A stretch of DNA of 63,759 nucleotides from an uncultured Clostridium sp. GTDB lineage: Bacteria > Bacillota > Clostridia > TANB77 > CAG-508. The translations under genes and the position numbers were made by a program. Location: assembly GCA_945919455.1 (NCBI GenBank), contig CAMEJH010000005.1:1-63759 (forward strand), given 5' to 3'. The number at the start of each line of letters is the position of its first letter. Within the stretch, counting starts at the first letter, position 1. This document shows, piece by piece, positions 27,476 to 36,993 of the stretch. The notes beneath the pieces were generated by a model, which did not search any database, was not told the DNA's origin, and worked only from the letters and a program-made list of their open reading frames with translations.

Positions 27476-28417
27476 TTACATTCCTAATATTTTCACTTCA
27501 ACATTAAACATCTTATATTTTTTTGTTGCTTCATCTATTCTAAACTCTATCAATGTATTTTCAAGAGTTTCATTATTTTGTCTTAAATCTGTTGTAAAAT
27601 ACAATTTTATTTGTGATATTTCTAATCTATTTTTTACAATCTCTTTAAATGCCTCTGCTGTATGTTTATCATCTTCACAAACAAGTATTAGTTGTGGCAT
27701 TGTAGAATATCCTGAATCTCCTGGTATAAAATTTTCATAAAATTCTTTATATAATGACATTTTATCAACTAATTTTTTCTGCCAATCTGGTTCTCTTCTT
27801 ATAACTTCAAATATAAATGTTATTGACTTGTTATTTTTAGTAAGTTTTACAGATCCTCCTGTTGCTTTAAATGTTTTTCCAGATATTTTGGCGGTTAAAG
27901 TTGGTTTTACAACATAATTTTCTAATGCTTTAACTTTTCTTAAATATGCAATTAAAGTTTGATTTCCAGCTAGTCTTTTCTTTATCATAGGCACTGGTTT
28001 TACATTGTCTGTTGGTTGCCATTTACATTCTATTTCTTTAGAATTTAATAAATATTTTCCCATTTTTTCTAAACAATATATTCTATATATACCTTTTCCT
28101 TCTTCTGAAGTAAAATAATATCTTGTTAGTATTTTTGATTTTACAAGTTGTTCTAATTTATTATTTAATTTGTCTTGTGATTTAGGTTCAAATCCTTTTA
28201 GTTCTAATAATTGATATATTTGTCTAGATGTTATAAATTCAAATTCATTTACTAGCTCTAATATTGCAAAATGTATTTCTCCTATATGTCCAATATTTAT
28301 TTTATGTATTATTTGGTTCATGGATATATATCCATCTTTCCCATCAAATGTCTTTATTTCACCTTCTCTTATTGCAAATGGTGATACTTGTGCTTTGATT
28401 TGGTTATCTTCAACCAT
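27476..28417 (-). CDS. Winged-helix protein, replication-relaxation (Replic_Relax)-like
   Basis: 313 aa. The wHTH-like segment is HFAILELVNEFEFITSRQIYQLL...KLEQLVKSKILTRYYF. The assignment is from memory of the family pattern only. Confidence 0.4.
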   Translation of the reverse strand: MVEDNQIKAQVSPFAIREGEIKTFDGKDGYISMNQIIHKINIGHIGEIHFAILELVNEFEFITSRQIYQLLELKGFEPKSQDKLNNKLEQLVKSKILTRYYFTSEEGKGIYRIYCLEKMGKYLLNSKEIECKWQPTDNVKPVPMIKKRLAGNQTLIAYLRKVKALENYVVKPTLTAKISGKTFKATGGSVKLTKNNKSITFIFEVIRREPDWQKKLVDKMSLYKEFYENFIPGDSGYSTMPQLILVCEDDKHTAEAFKEIVKNRLEISQIKLYFTTDLRQNNETLENTLIEFRIDEATKKYKMFNVEVKILGM

Positions 28418-28440
28418 TTCAATCCCTCCTTATAATTTAA

Positions 28441-28896
28441 TTAAACTATAACTAATTTTACTTTTTTCTTCTCTGGTATAATCTTTTTTATGCATACATC
28501 AACGGTTTGACCATATGTTAAGTTTTCTGTATATTCTGTCATTCCAACTAAATTAGGTGTTAATTCAATAAATACTCCATTTTTATTTTTTTCTTTATCT
28601 CTAACAATTCCCTTTACAGTCATTCCTTCTTTGAACTTTTCTGCATTTTCTTCCCATGTTCCTAAACAGTCCTTATATGATAAATTTATTTTACCTGTTT
28701 CTTCATTTATAGATTTTACCATACATTTTACTTTTTGTCCAATTTTTAGCCTTTCTTCTGGTGATTTTATCCTAACTACTGATAAATCTTCTATAAATGC
28801 TAACCCCACAGGGCCTTTATCTATTTCTATAAATGCTCCATATGGTTTTATTCCTGTGACTGTACCATCTACTATCTGGCCTTTTTTTATTTCCAT
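28441..28896 (-). CDS. S1 RNA-binding domain protein (two S1 repeats)
   Basis: 151 aa. GQIVDGTVTGIKPYGAFIEI and GMTVKGIVRDKEKNKNGVFIEL are S1/OB signatures. Confidence 0.8.
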   Translation of the reverse strand: MEIKKGQIVDGTVTGIKPYGAFIEIDKGPVGLAFIEDLSVVRIKSPEERLKIGQKVKCMVKSINEETGKINLSYKDCLGTWEENAEKFKEGMTVKGIVRDKEKNKNGVFIELTPNLVGMTEYTENLTYGQTVDVCIKKIIPEKKKVKLVIV

Positions 28897-28983
28897 GTGA
28901 ATAATCTCCTTTTTCTTTTGTTTTTTATATTATATATTTTTAGTAATATTTTTTCAATATTTTTTATAAATTTTGCAAGTTGT

Positions 28984-29700
28984 TCATTGCTGTAATTTTT
29001 GTATCTCTTCTGCTGACAAATATCTCCATTTTCCTAATTCTAAATCTTTAACTCCAATATTTCCAATTTTACTTCTATGCAAAGCTAATACTTTTCTACC
29101 AACGGCTTCACACATTTTTCTTACCTGTCTATTTTTTCCTTCGTGAATTGTTATTTCCAATCTAGAAATATCTTTTTCAGGATCTGTTTTTAAAATTTTT
29201 ACTTTTGCTGGTTTTGTAACATAATCTTCTATTTGTACACCATTACGCAATTGTTCAACTTCGCTATTCTGGGCAATTCCTTTCAAAGTGACAGTATATG
29301 TTTTATCTATTTCATGTTTTGGATGTGTAACTTTATACACAAAGTCTCCATCATTCGTTAAAATTAAGGCTCCTGATGTGTACATATCTAGTCTACCTAC
29401 TGGTACAATTCTTTCTTTTACTTTTACTAAATCTAAAACTGTGTCTCTATTAAATTGATCATCTACTGTTGTTACATATCCTATAGGCTTATTTAATAGT
29501 ATATATACTAATTTTTTATTTTCTCTTACTTCTCTTCCTTCAAATTTTATAACATCTTTTTCTGGGTCGACCTTAGTTCCAAGTTCAGTTATAGTTTTTC
29601 CATTTACTTGTACTTTTCCTTGAATTATATATTCTTCACATTTTCTTCTTGAAGCAATGCCACAATTTGCTAAATATTTTTGTAGTCTTAGCTCTTCCAA
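28984..29700 (-). CDS. rluB: Pseudouridine synthase, RsuA/RluB family with N-terminal S4 domain
   Basis: 238 aa. S4 segment RLQKYLANCGIASRRKCEEYI and catalytic motif VGRLDMYTSGALILTNDG. Confidence 0.8.
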   Translation of the reverse strand: MEELRLQKYLANCGIASRRKCEEYIIQGKVQVNGKTITELGTKVDPEKDVIKFEGREVRENKKLVYILLNKPIGYVTTVDDQFNRDTVLDLVKVKERIVPVGRLDMYTSGALILTNDGDFVYKVTHPKHEIDKTYTVTLKGIAQNSEVEQLRNGVQIEDYVTKPAKVKILKTDPEKDISRLEITIHEGKNRQVRKMCEAVGRKVLALHRSKIGNIGVKDLELGKWRYLSAEEIQKLQQ

Positions 29701-29836
29701 ATTATTTGTCCTCCTTTTTAGAAATTTTATTATTTTATGTACTATTTTTTATGTAGTCGCATATTATATATTAATTCCTTTTACTTTTCTAAAAGGCTTT
29801 ATATAGATTCTCCGGCAAGATTCTCTTGCCGGATCC

Positions 29837-30745
29837 TTAATTTTTATCAAGTTCTTTGATTATTTTTTCAAAATATTCAGGTAATGGAGCTTCTAATTTC
29901 ATTTCTTTTTTAGTAATTGGATGTTTAAATTCTAAACATTTTGCATGTAGGCATTGCCCAACAACTCCAAATTCATTTTTTCCGTTTGAATAAACACAAT
30001 CTCCTATTATTGGATATCCAATATGTGATAAATGCACACGTATTTGATGTGTTCTACCTGTTTCTATATTGACTTGTAGAAGTGTATATTTATCATATCG
30101 CTTTAAAACTTTTATATGTGTCACTGCATTTTTCCCATTTTTAGTTACAGCCATCTTTTTTCGGTCAGATTGACTTCTTCCTATAGGCATATCTATTGTA
30201 GCTTCATTTTCTTTAACAATTCCTCTAACTAATGCAATATATGTCTTTTTTACTTCGTGATTTTTTATTTGTTCACTCATTTTAACATGTGCCATATCAT
30301 TTTTTGCTACTATTAAAAGTCCTGATGTGTCTTTGTCTAATCTATGCACAATTCCTGGTCTTATTTCTCCGCCTATTCCTGATAATGAATCTTTGCATAT
30401 TGCCATTATTGCATTTACTAAAGTTCCATCTGGGTTTCCATTTGCAGGATGTACTACCATTCCTTTAGGTTTATTTACAACTATTATGTCTTTATCTTCA
30501 TATACAATATCAATCGGGATTTCTTGTGCCTTCAGTTCTATTGTTTTTGCTTCCACTTCTTCTATTTTAATAATATCATTAACGTTCACTTTATATGCTA
30601 CCTTCTGCTTTTTTCCGTTTACTAAAATATGTCCTTCATCTATTAATCTTTGTGCTGCTGTTCTTGTTATTTCGTTGTTTATACTAGATATATACGAATC
30701 TAATCTTCTCCCTACATCTTCTTGTTTTACAATATATTCTTTCAT
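29837..30745 (-). CDS. rluD: RluA/RluD-family 23S rRNA pseudouridine synthase
   Basis: 302 aa. S4 domain, catalytic HRLDKDTSGLLIVAK, and GRTHQIRVH motif. Confidence 0.85.
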   Translation of the reverse strand: MKEYIVKQEDVGRRLDSYISSINNEITRTAAQRLIDEGHILVNGKKQKVAYKVNVNDIIKIEEVEAKTIELKAQEIPIDIVYEDKDIIVVNKPKGMVVHPANGNPDGTLVNAIMAICKDSLSGIGGEIRPGIVHRLDKDTSGLLIVAKNDMAHVKMSEQIKNHEVKKTYIALVRGIVKENEATIDMPIGRSQSDRKKMAVTKNGKNAVTHIKVLKRYDKYTLLQVNIETGRTHQIRVHLSHIGYPIIGDCVYSNGKNEFGVVGQCLHAKCLEFKHPITKKEMKLEAPLPEYFEKIIKELDKN

Positions 30746-30752
30746 TTTAACC

Positions 30753-32285
30753 TCATTTTATCACTTCATAAAATACAAAATTCTCATCTTGTTTTAATAA
30801 TTTATAATTTTCTAGTTTTACTTCTTTTATAATCATATTTATTTTAGAATTTTTATATAATATAATATGTGTTATATCATATTTTTCAAATATATCTTCA
30901 AAATATACATTTAAATTTGAACTATCTATAAAGTCTGTAAATACTGTTACTCCTTCATTAAATTTTGGATCATATAAATCTGCTCTAGAATCTATAAATA
31001 CAGGTATTCCTTTATATAATAAATAACTTCCATAATTGTATTCATTATATAGTCTTATTTCTGACAAATCTATATTTTTTTCCTCAAAATAGTTTATTAT
31101 AAAATCACTCATTTCCACTGGGTATGTTTTGTCGTCTATATATGATGATTTTATTTTGGGCTTTATAAAGCATAAGCTTAATATAAGCATTACACCAGTT
31201 ATCATAAATATTCCGAATTTATTTATAACTGATTTTATTATTTTACCATCTAATTCTTTTGTATATTGTATTGCCCAATTATATAAGATTCTGTTAAGAA
31301 CAACTGAACCTATTATTACCCACATTGTTTGTTGCCTCTTGGAATAAAACATTAGAAAGGTTAATCCACCAAGCATAAGTAGGTCACTTAATCCTATTTT
31401 TGCATTAGTAAAAGTTAACAATGTTAATAATATTATGATAACACAGATAATATCTGTATTATTTATTAGCACAAGTGGTTGATGCTCATTTATATTTTGA
31501 GTTGTTGTTCCTTCCATAGTTTTTATTAAATATGTGTATGGAGTTGTTCCTAATGGTGTTAAAAATCCTGCTAATATGCTAATAATCATTACCAATATTA
31601 AAAGCTTTGTTCCGTCTTTCTTAATAATTAGTAGTTTTTCTCCTTGTTTTACTTCTTTTCCATATTTTTTAGCTACATATTCTTCTATTATTGCTAATAA
31701 ATATTCAGCTATGTATGGCAAATATAATACAAACATAAACGGCCATACTGCAACGTGGAGATTTGCTATTAATATTGATATAGCAATTAAACCTGCTCCG
31801 TATCTTTTTTTTCTTGTATCTATTAATTTTTCTATAAAATATATTTCTAATATAAATAATATGAATGTGACTAATTGTGCTCTTGCTGTAATATAATCTC
31901 TTAATAAATACATTGTTCCAACAGTAATTACGAATGAAATTACTTTATTTTTAGCTAATTTTGAGTTCACTTTATAAATACTTATTCCTAGTATTACAGA
32001 AAATATGCAAGTAGATATATATATGCCTGTCATTCCACCCAAACAGTATATTAAATAAATCATTACATCATATAACCAATGTGGATATGTATATTCTAAA
32101 CCTTCATGCCAAGAAAATGGTTCTATCATGTCTACTTCTCCATTTTGAATTATATGTTCACCAATTTTAATTGTATAAAAAGTGTCATTTTGTAAAGTTT
32201 TTGGTGTTAAACTAATACAGAATATAGCAATTAATATTATAGCTAATATTTCAAAACATTTACTTTTATTTATTTTATTATCCAT
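30753..32285 (-). CDS. Polytopic membrane protein (GT-C/ArnT-like architecture suspected)
   Basis: 510 aa with about 11 TM segments followed by a soluble C-terminal domain of about 130 aa. I saw no diagnostic motif. Confidence 0.6.
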   Translation of the reverse strand: MDNKINKSKCFEILAIILIAIFCISLTPKTLQNDTFYTIKIGEHIIQNGEVDMIEPFSWHEGLEYTYPHWLYDVMIYLIYCLGGMTGIYISTCIFSVILGISIYKVNSKLAKNKVISFVITVGTMYLLRDYITARAQLVTFILFILEIYFIEKLIDTRKKRYGAGLIAISILIANLHVAVWPFMFVLYLPYIAEYLLAIIEEYVAKKYGKEVKQGEKLLIIKKDGTKLLILVMIISILAGFLTPLGTTPYTYLIKTMEGTTTQNINEHQPLVLINNTDIICVIIILLTLLTFTNAKIGLSDLLMLGGLTFLMFYSKRQQTMWVIIGSVVLNRILYNWAIQYTKELDGKIIKSVINKFGIFMITGVMLILSLCFIKPKIKSSYIDDKTYPVEMSDFIINYFEEKNIDLSEIRLYNEYNYGSYLLYKGIPVFIDSRADLYDPKFNEGVTVFTDFIDSSNLNVYFEDIFEKYDITHIILYKNSKINMIIKEVKLENYKLLKQDENFVFYEVIK

Positions 32286-32350
32286 GTTGATCTCCTTTGA
32301 ATTTTAATATGTTTATTATAGCAAATGTTTGCCCAAAAAGCTATACTTAT

Positions 32351-32404
32351 AAAATAAAAATATACCTACAGTATTAAACTTTTTGTCTAATATTGTAGGT
32401 ATAT
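32351..32404 (-). terminator. Intrinsic terminator of the tandem-OB gene
   Basis: 17-bp stem ATATACCTACAGTATTA (32360-32376) with TAATATTGTAGGTATAT (32388-32404). A T-run follows on the minus strand. Confidence 0.6.
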
Positions 32405-32419
32405 GATTTCTTTTTTATA

Positions 32420-33154
32420 TTAAACAGCTTCTTGATTTTCAGTTTCTTCTTTTTTCTCTGTTCCTTCTTCATTTATTAATTCTAAACTACAAATTGAAAC
32501 TTCATAAGCTACTTTCATTTCTGATGTTCCATCTTCATATTTCTTTTCATATTGTCTTGATTGAACTCTTCCTATTATCTTTACTTGAGCTCCAACTTCT
32601 AAGTTTTGGCAGAATCTTGCATTTCTTCCCCATGCAATTGTTGGGATGTAGTCTGATTTATTATATGCTCTGTTTACTGCTAATAATAAATCTGCAATTT
32701 CTCTTCCAAATGGTGTTTGTCTGTAAATTGGTTTTTTACATACAAATCCAATAAGTACAACTTCGTTTGTTGTTTCTTCTTTTTTTACAATTTCATTTTC
32801 TTCTTGTTCTTGAGATTCTTCTACTTCTTCTATGTCTTTAGCAAACACTGTTAATATTAACTTATTTTTTTCGTTTTCATAACTGTTGTAAGATCTAAAT
32901 TGTCCTTTAATTAATAATTTTTTACCTTCTAATAACATTTCATCATTTATTAATCTTTCTGATACTGTTATTGGTATAATGTCTGCATTTCCACTTAAAC
33001 GTGGTATTGATAAGTTAAATGTGTAAAACTTCTCTCCATAAATTTCATGGCTAAATTTTTTTTCGCCTGTAACCTTTCCTACTAATGTTAAGTAGTTGTT
33101 TTCTAAATAATTTGTATCCAATTTTATTTCCTCCCTATCTTTTTTATTTATCAA
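32420..33154 (-). CDS. Tandem OB-fold, SSB-like protein
   Basis: 244 aa. Two SSB-like halves (LTLVGKVTGE...ILTVFAKDIE and VVLIGFVCKK...VAYEVSICSLE) are joined by an acidic linker, and the tail is acidic. Confidence 0.55.
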   Translation of the reverse strand: MINKKDREEIKLDTNYLENNYLTLVGKVTGEKKFSHEIYGEKFYTFNLSIPRLSGNADIIPITVSERLINDEMLLEGKKLLIKGQFRSYNSYENEKNKLILTVFAKDIEEVEESQEQEENEIVKKEETTNEVVLIGFVCKKPIYRQTPFGREIADLLLAVNRAYNKSDYIPTIAWGRNARFCQNLEVGAQVKIIGRVQSRQYEKKYEDGTSEMKVAYEVSICSLELINEEGTEKKEETENQEAV

Positions 33155-33290
33155 TTGTAAATTCTCATTTTGCTTTTCTCTTTTTAAAATTTTCTACATT
33201 TCTTATTATACTACATTTTTTTGGTTTTGTCTACATAAAAAGTTAATATTTTCTAATTTTTTCAATTTTTCTGCATATTTAAGGCATTTT

Positions 33291-33782
33291 TTATAAATTA
33301 TGGAGTTCTTTTATTATGAAAACTACTAATTCATTATAAATTTTTTTTCCTTTTCCTTTATTTATTTTTATCTCTTTTTCCTGTGTTTCTATAATTTTAT
33401 TATCAAATCTTTGTATATCTCTTTGTAGACATACTATTATTTTTTCTTCTTTTATACTTGATATTGTTATTGTAGCTTTTGAATTAAATCCAAATGTTAT
33501 TAATTTTATAGGTTTTTCTATTTTTATTTTATTGAAAATATCCATTCCTATATCTACATTTATTATTAAATATTGTGCTTTTGATATTATGTTTTTCATA
33601 AATTTATATTCACTATCTTGCAAAATTATGTCTTTTAAAAATATAATTTCATCAAATTGAATATTTTTTAAATTATTTATACTTTGTTTATTAATTTCTA
33701 TTATGTCACAGTTATATACGGATATTTTCTTTTTTATTGCCTGAATATCTTTTTTATTGGCAACTATTCCTATTAATGACAT
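33291..33782 (-). CDS. Hypothetical protein
   Basis: 163-aa ORF with coding-like composition. I recognise no family. Confidence 0.5.
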   Translation of the reverse strand: MSLIGIVANKKDIQAIKKKISVYNCDIIEINKQSINNLKNIQFDEIIFLKDIILQDSEYKFMKNIISKAQYLIINVDIGMDIFNKIKIEKPIKLITFGFNSKATITISSIKEEKIIVCLQRDIQRFDNKIIETQEKEIKINKGKGKKIYNELVVFIIKELHNL

Positions 33783-33841
33783 TTGATTCTCCCCTAAATC
33801 ATCTTTTTCTCATATTGCCATTATTTCCTTATTTTCCGTTT

Positions 33842-34612
33842 TTATTCATTCTTTAGAGGAATTTGGGTTCCATTATTATTAATAGTATAATTTTCTTTGT
33901 AAATTAATTCAGAAACAGTTGTAATTTGATATCCTTTGTTTTTTATATTTTTTATTAACATATCTAAACTGTCTGCAGTATGATCAGTTCCATTGTGGCT
34001 TAATATTATCGCTCCACATTCCAATTTATTTTTTATTCTCTCCCACATCTTTTCTCCTGTTAGTCCTTTATAGTCTAGTGTATCTATATTCCATTGAATT
34101 GGATAATATCCATTTTCTTTTGCTACTTTTATAACTGTATCATTATATTCTCCATATGGAACTCTATACAAATTAGTTTTACTTCCTGTTATTTTTTCTA
34201 TTTTGCTAACACTCAATTTTATTTCTTCTATATTTTTCTCGCTACTAAGTTGGTTCACATGTGGATGTGTATTACTATGACTTCCTATCTCATGACCTGC
34301 TTCATAAATTTTTTTTACCGCTTCTGGATATTTATCTACCCAATTTCCTACCATAAAAAAGGTTATTTTTACATCATTATTTTTTAATGTTTCTAATATG
34401 CTATCTATATCATCTGCATTCCACGCACAATTCATTGTAAATGCTATCTTCTTTTCTTCTGTTTGTACATTATATATTGGTAAGTATTTTTCTGTTGATG
34501 ATGTTTGAATTGTTTTTATTGAATCCATATTTGCTATTCCTATTAGCACTGCAACTGTTAATATTGATACAAGATATGTTTGTATTTTTTCTTTACTAAA
34601 AACTAAGAACAT
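33842..34612 (-). CDS. Polysaccharide deacetylase (NodB homology domain; PdaB/PdaA-like)
   Basis: 256 aa. N-terminal TM, then FTMNCAW..DD, HEIGSHSNTHP and ILSHNG motifs. Confidence 0.85.
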   Translation of the reverse strand: MFLVFSKEKIQTYLVSILTVAVLIGIANMDSIKTIQTSSTEKYLPIYNVQTEEKKIAFTMNCAWNADDIDSILETLKNNDVKITFFMVGNWVDKYPEAVKKIYEAGHEIGSHSNTHPHVNQLSSEKNIEEIKLSVSKIEKITGSKTNLYRVPYGEYNDTVIKVAKENGYYPIQWNIDTLDYKGLTGEKMWERIKNKLECGAIILSHNGTDHTADSLDMLIKNIKNKGYQITTVSELIYKENYTINNNGTQIPLKNE

Positions 34613-34662
34613 AACTACCTCCTATTTTGGTGATATTTAATTCTATTCTTTATTATTAATTT

Positions 34663-34688
34663 TATTCATATTAAAAGAGGAGAATTCT
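34663..34688. terminator. Bidirectional intrinsic terminator
   Basis: AAAAGAGGAGA, loop ATTC, TCTCCTCTTTT. Confidence 0.6.
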
Positions 34689-34709
34689 CTCCTCTTTTAA
34701 TATCATTCA

Positions 34710-34991
34710 TCACCCTAATACTTGGTTAATATATTCAATTCTGCGTTTTTTCTCTCCTTCATCAACACAATATACAAAAATCACATCAATACCATTGTGT
34801 TCAACAACAATGATATCTCCTTCATGAACTTCTTGTCCAACATCCAGAATGATATTTTCCATTTTCGCATCCATGATTTTGGTTTCTCTATCACCTAGTT
34901 CTATGTTTTTACTATTCTCAGTGTCAACCAATTCTACCTCACAGACTGCAAAATCTCCTTCTACTCTGTCAATACAAGCATAACTTTTCAT
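34710..34991 (-). CDS. DUF3006-family protein
   Basis: 93 aa. The N-terminus CIDRVEGDFAVCEV is typical of DUF3006. Its ATGA start/stop overlap with the upstream MBL gene suggests translational coupling. Confidence 0.75.
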   Translation of the reverse strand: MKSYACIDRVEGDFAVCEVELVDTENSKNIELGDRETKIMDAKMENIILDVGQEVHEGDIIVVEHNGIDVIFVYCVDEGEKKRRIEYINQVLG

Positions 34992-35956
34992 GCAGCATTC
35001 CTCTCTTCTAATTCTGTTCCACTAAGATAGTCGCCAGGTTGGCAACTAAACTTAACATCATTAGATGTAATTTCTGCAACTACGGTTCCATTTTCATCCG
35101 TCCGGTAGACCTCAACATTGTTTTTTTCTAGTTTTTCCATTGTGGATTTTATTGGATGTTTATACTTGTTCCCAACTTTTGCAGAAATCAAACCATATTG
35201 TGGACTAACCGCTTCCAAGAATTCTTCACTTGTAGAAGTATCACTTCCATGATGACCCAACTTCAAAATTTCTGCATCTATATTCTCGCCAGATTGCAAT
35301 ATTTCGTTTTCGACTTCTGTTTCCGCATCTCCAGTCATAATAATGTCCATTTCTCCAAAAGATACTTTCAAAACAGTAGAATAATTATTGATATTGTCAT
35401 TAGGTTCGCCCATTGTCCCAATTACCTTCATTGTGGCATTTCCAAGATAATAAACTTCTCCTACCTCAGGGTATTCAACTTCATATTTTCCAGTTTTGAG
35501 TTCCTTCATCAATTTTGCATACCAGTTTGAAGTTATTTGAGCATTTTTAGCTTCTGGTATTATAACCTTTCCTACTTCAAAATTAGTTATGACTTCATAC
35601 ATACCACCCATATGGTCATCATGAGGGTGGGTTCCAAACACGTAATCTAACTTTGTAATTCCAATGTTCTTCAAGTAGTCTACCACATCTTTTCCTGTAG
35701 ACCGAGTTCCACAGTCAATAAGTGCTGTTTCATTTCCTTGAATTAGAAGAAAACTATCAGCCTGCCCCACATCAATCATGTGTAGCAGTAACTCTCCATC
35801 GACATTTTGAGTTACAATGTTCTGCTGATTCTGGTTGCTTGCTTCTTCGGTAGGAATAGTAGTAATGTCTACTCCTAACACAGTTGCAATTACTAAGATG
35901 ACGATTGTTATTATTCCTTTTAATAACTTTTTCCGACCGCTTTTGTCATTTGCCAT
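34988..35956 (-). CDS. Membrane-anchored MBL-fold hydrolase (ComEC C-terminal-domain-like)
   Basis: 322 aa. N-terminal TM, HPHDDHMGG metallo-beta-lactamase motif, and KLGHHGS. Confidence 0.85.
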   Translation of the reverse strand: MANDKSGRKKLLKGIITIVILVIATVLGVDITTIPTEEASNQNQQNIVTQNVDGELLLHMIDVGQADSFLLIQGNETALIDCGTRSTGKDVVDYLKNIGITKLDYVFGTHPHDDHMGGMYEVITNFEVGKVIIPEAKNAQITSNWYAKLMKELKTGKYEVEYPEVGEVYYLGNATMKVIGTMGEPNDNINNYSTVLKVSFGEMDIIMTGDAETEVENEILQSGENIDAEILKLGHHGSDTSTSEEFLEAVSPQYGLISAKVGNKYKHPIKSTMEKLEKNNVEVYRTDENGTVVAEITSNDVKFSCQPGDYLSGTELEERNAA

Positions 35957-36173
35957 ATGCGATTCCTCCTTAAGTTTGATTTTATTATTATAGCAACTTT
36001 TTTAACTTTTTTCAAGTTTATAAAACATCATATTTTCTATATTTTTTTATTTTACATAAATTTTATATATCTTTTTTATTTTTTTATAAGTTTTATAGTT
36101 TTTATATTTTTATTAATATTATAATTAAAAAATATTGCTCAAACAGCGATTACTTTATAAGGAGTGTATACAA

Positions 36174-36566
36174 ATGGAAGAAATTAAATTTGAAAAAGAT
36201 GATGTTCGGTTGCAGCTGGAAGTTACTAATGTCCTTATTCAATTAGGCATCCCCTCTAATCTTTCGGGATTTGATTACCTAAGAACAGCTATCATTTTAA
36301 CAATGTGTGATAAAAAACTTTTAAGAAAAATCACTAAGGAGCTTTACCCCTCTATAGCAGAAATTTATTCTACTACAGCGCCCCGAGTTGAACGGGCTAT
36401 AAGACATGCAATTGAAGTCGGATTCTGGAGGGGTGATCTTGATCTTATTGAAAACTATTTCGGGAATAGTACTGATCCTTCTAAGGGTAAAGCCTCTAAT
36501 GGTGAGTTTATTGCTACAGTCGCAGATCGTTTAAGTATGAAAATTAAAATTGAAAGTCTTTCCTAA
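36174..36566 (+). CDS. Stand-alone Spo0A C-terminal (DNA-binding) domain protein, no receiver domain
   Basis: 130 aa from ATG 36174, with AAGGAG 9 nt upstream. [20 protein letters not shown]...[32 protein letters not shown] parallels the Spo0A effector domain (..GYQYLREAI...[28 protein letters not shown]..). Confidence 0.8.
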   Translation: [130 protein letters not shown]

Positions 36567-36575
36567 AAGACTCCC

Positions 36576-36607
36576 AAACCATCCTCAATATTTGAGGATG
36601 GTTTTTT
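36576..36607 (+). terminator. Intrinsic terminator
   Basis: AAACCATCCTCAA (36576-36588) pairs with TTGAGGATGGTTT (36592-36604), followed by TTT. Confidence 0.7.
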
Positions 36608-36720
36608 ATGTAAAATTACCAATATTTAGCAAATGTATAATTGATACTCTACTTGAGCACACTATGTTTAGATTTTTTATTGCTATACTTCAATTATATC
36701 AATTTCTACGAGGTGATTTT

Positions 36721-36957
36721 ATGTATTTATCAGATGCTGTACGAGATAGAATAAAATTCTATCAACGCCAAAAGAACATGAGTCTTTGGGCATTATTTAA
36801 ATCTTCAGGAGTTCCAATGTCAACACTTGCTGCTTTTATGAGTAAAAGAACTGAATTAATAAAGTTAGATACTTTACTTCATATTTGTGAAGGTTTTGGT
36901 ATTACTTTAACAGAATTCTTCGAAGATGATATATTCAAAGATGTGGAACAAGATTAA
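36721..36957 (+). CDS. XRE-family helix-turn-helix protein
   Basis: 78 aa from ATG 36721, behind GAGGTGA. QRQKNMSLWALFKSSGVPMSTLAAFMS matches the HTH pattern. The upstream part of the 36550 ORF is non-coding-like. Confidence 0.75.
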   Translation: MYLSDAVRDRIKFYQRQKNMSLWALFKSSGVPMSTLAAFMSKRTELIKLDTLLHICEGFGITLTEFFEDDIFKDVEQD

Positions 36958-36993
36958 TTAATGCGAACAAAAAATAGTTCTGTAAAACCAGAA

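Noticed and set aside
29811-29831. GC-rich hairpin CCGGCAAGA-TTC-TCTTGCCGG after rluD as a special element
   Set aside because: It is most simply the rluD transcription terminator or stabiliser, although its T-run is poor. It is a single copy with no further structure.
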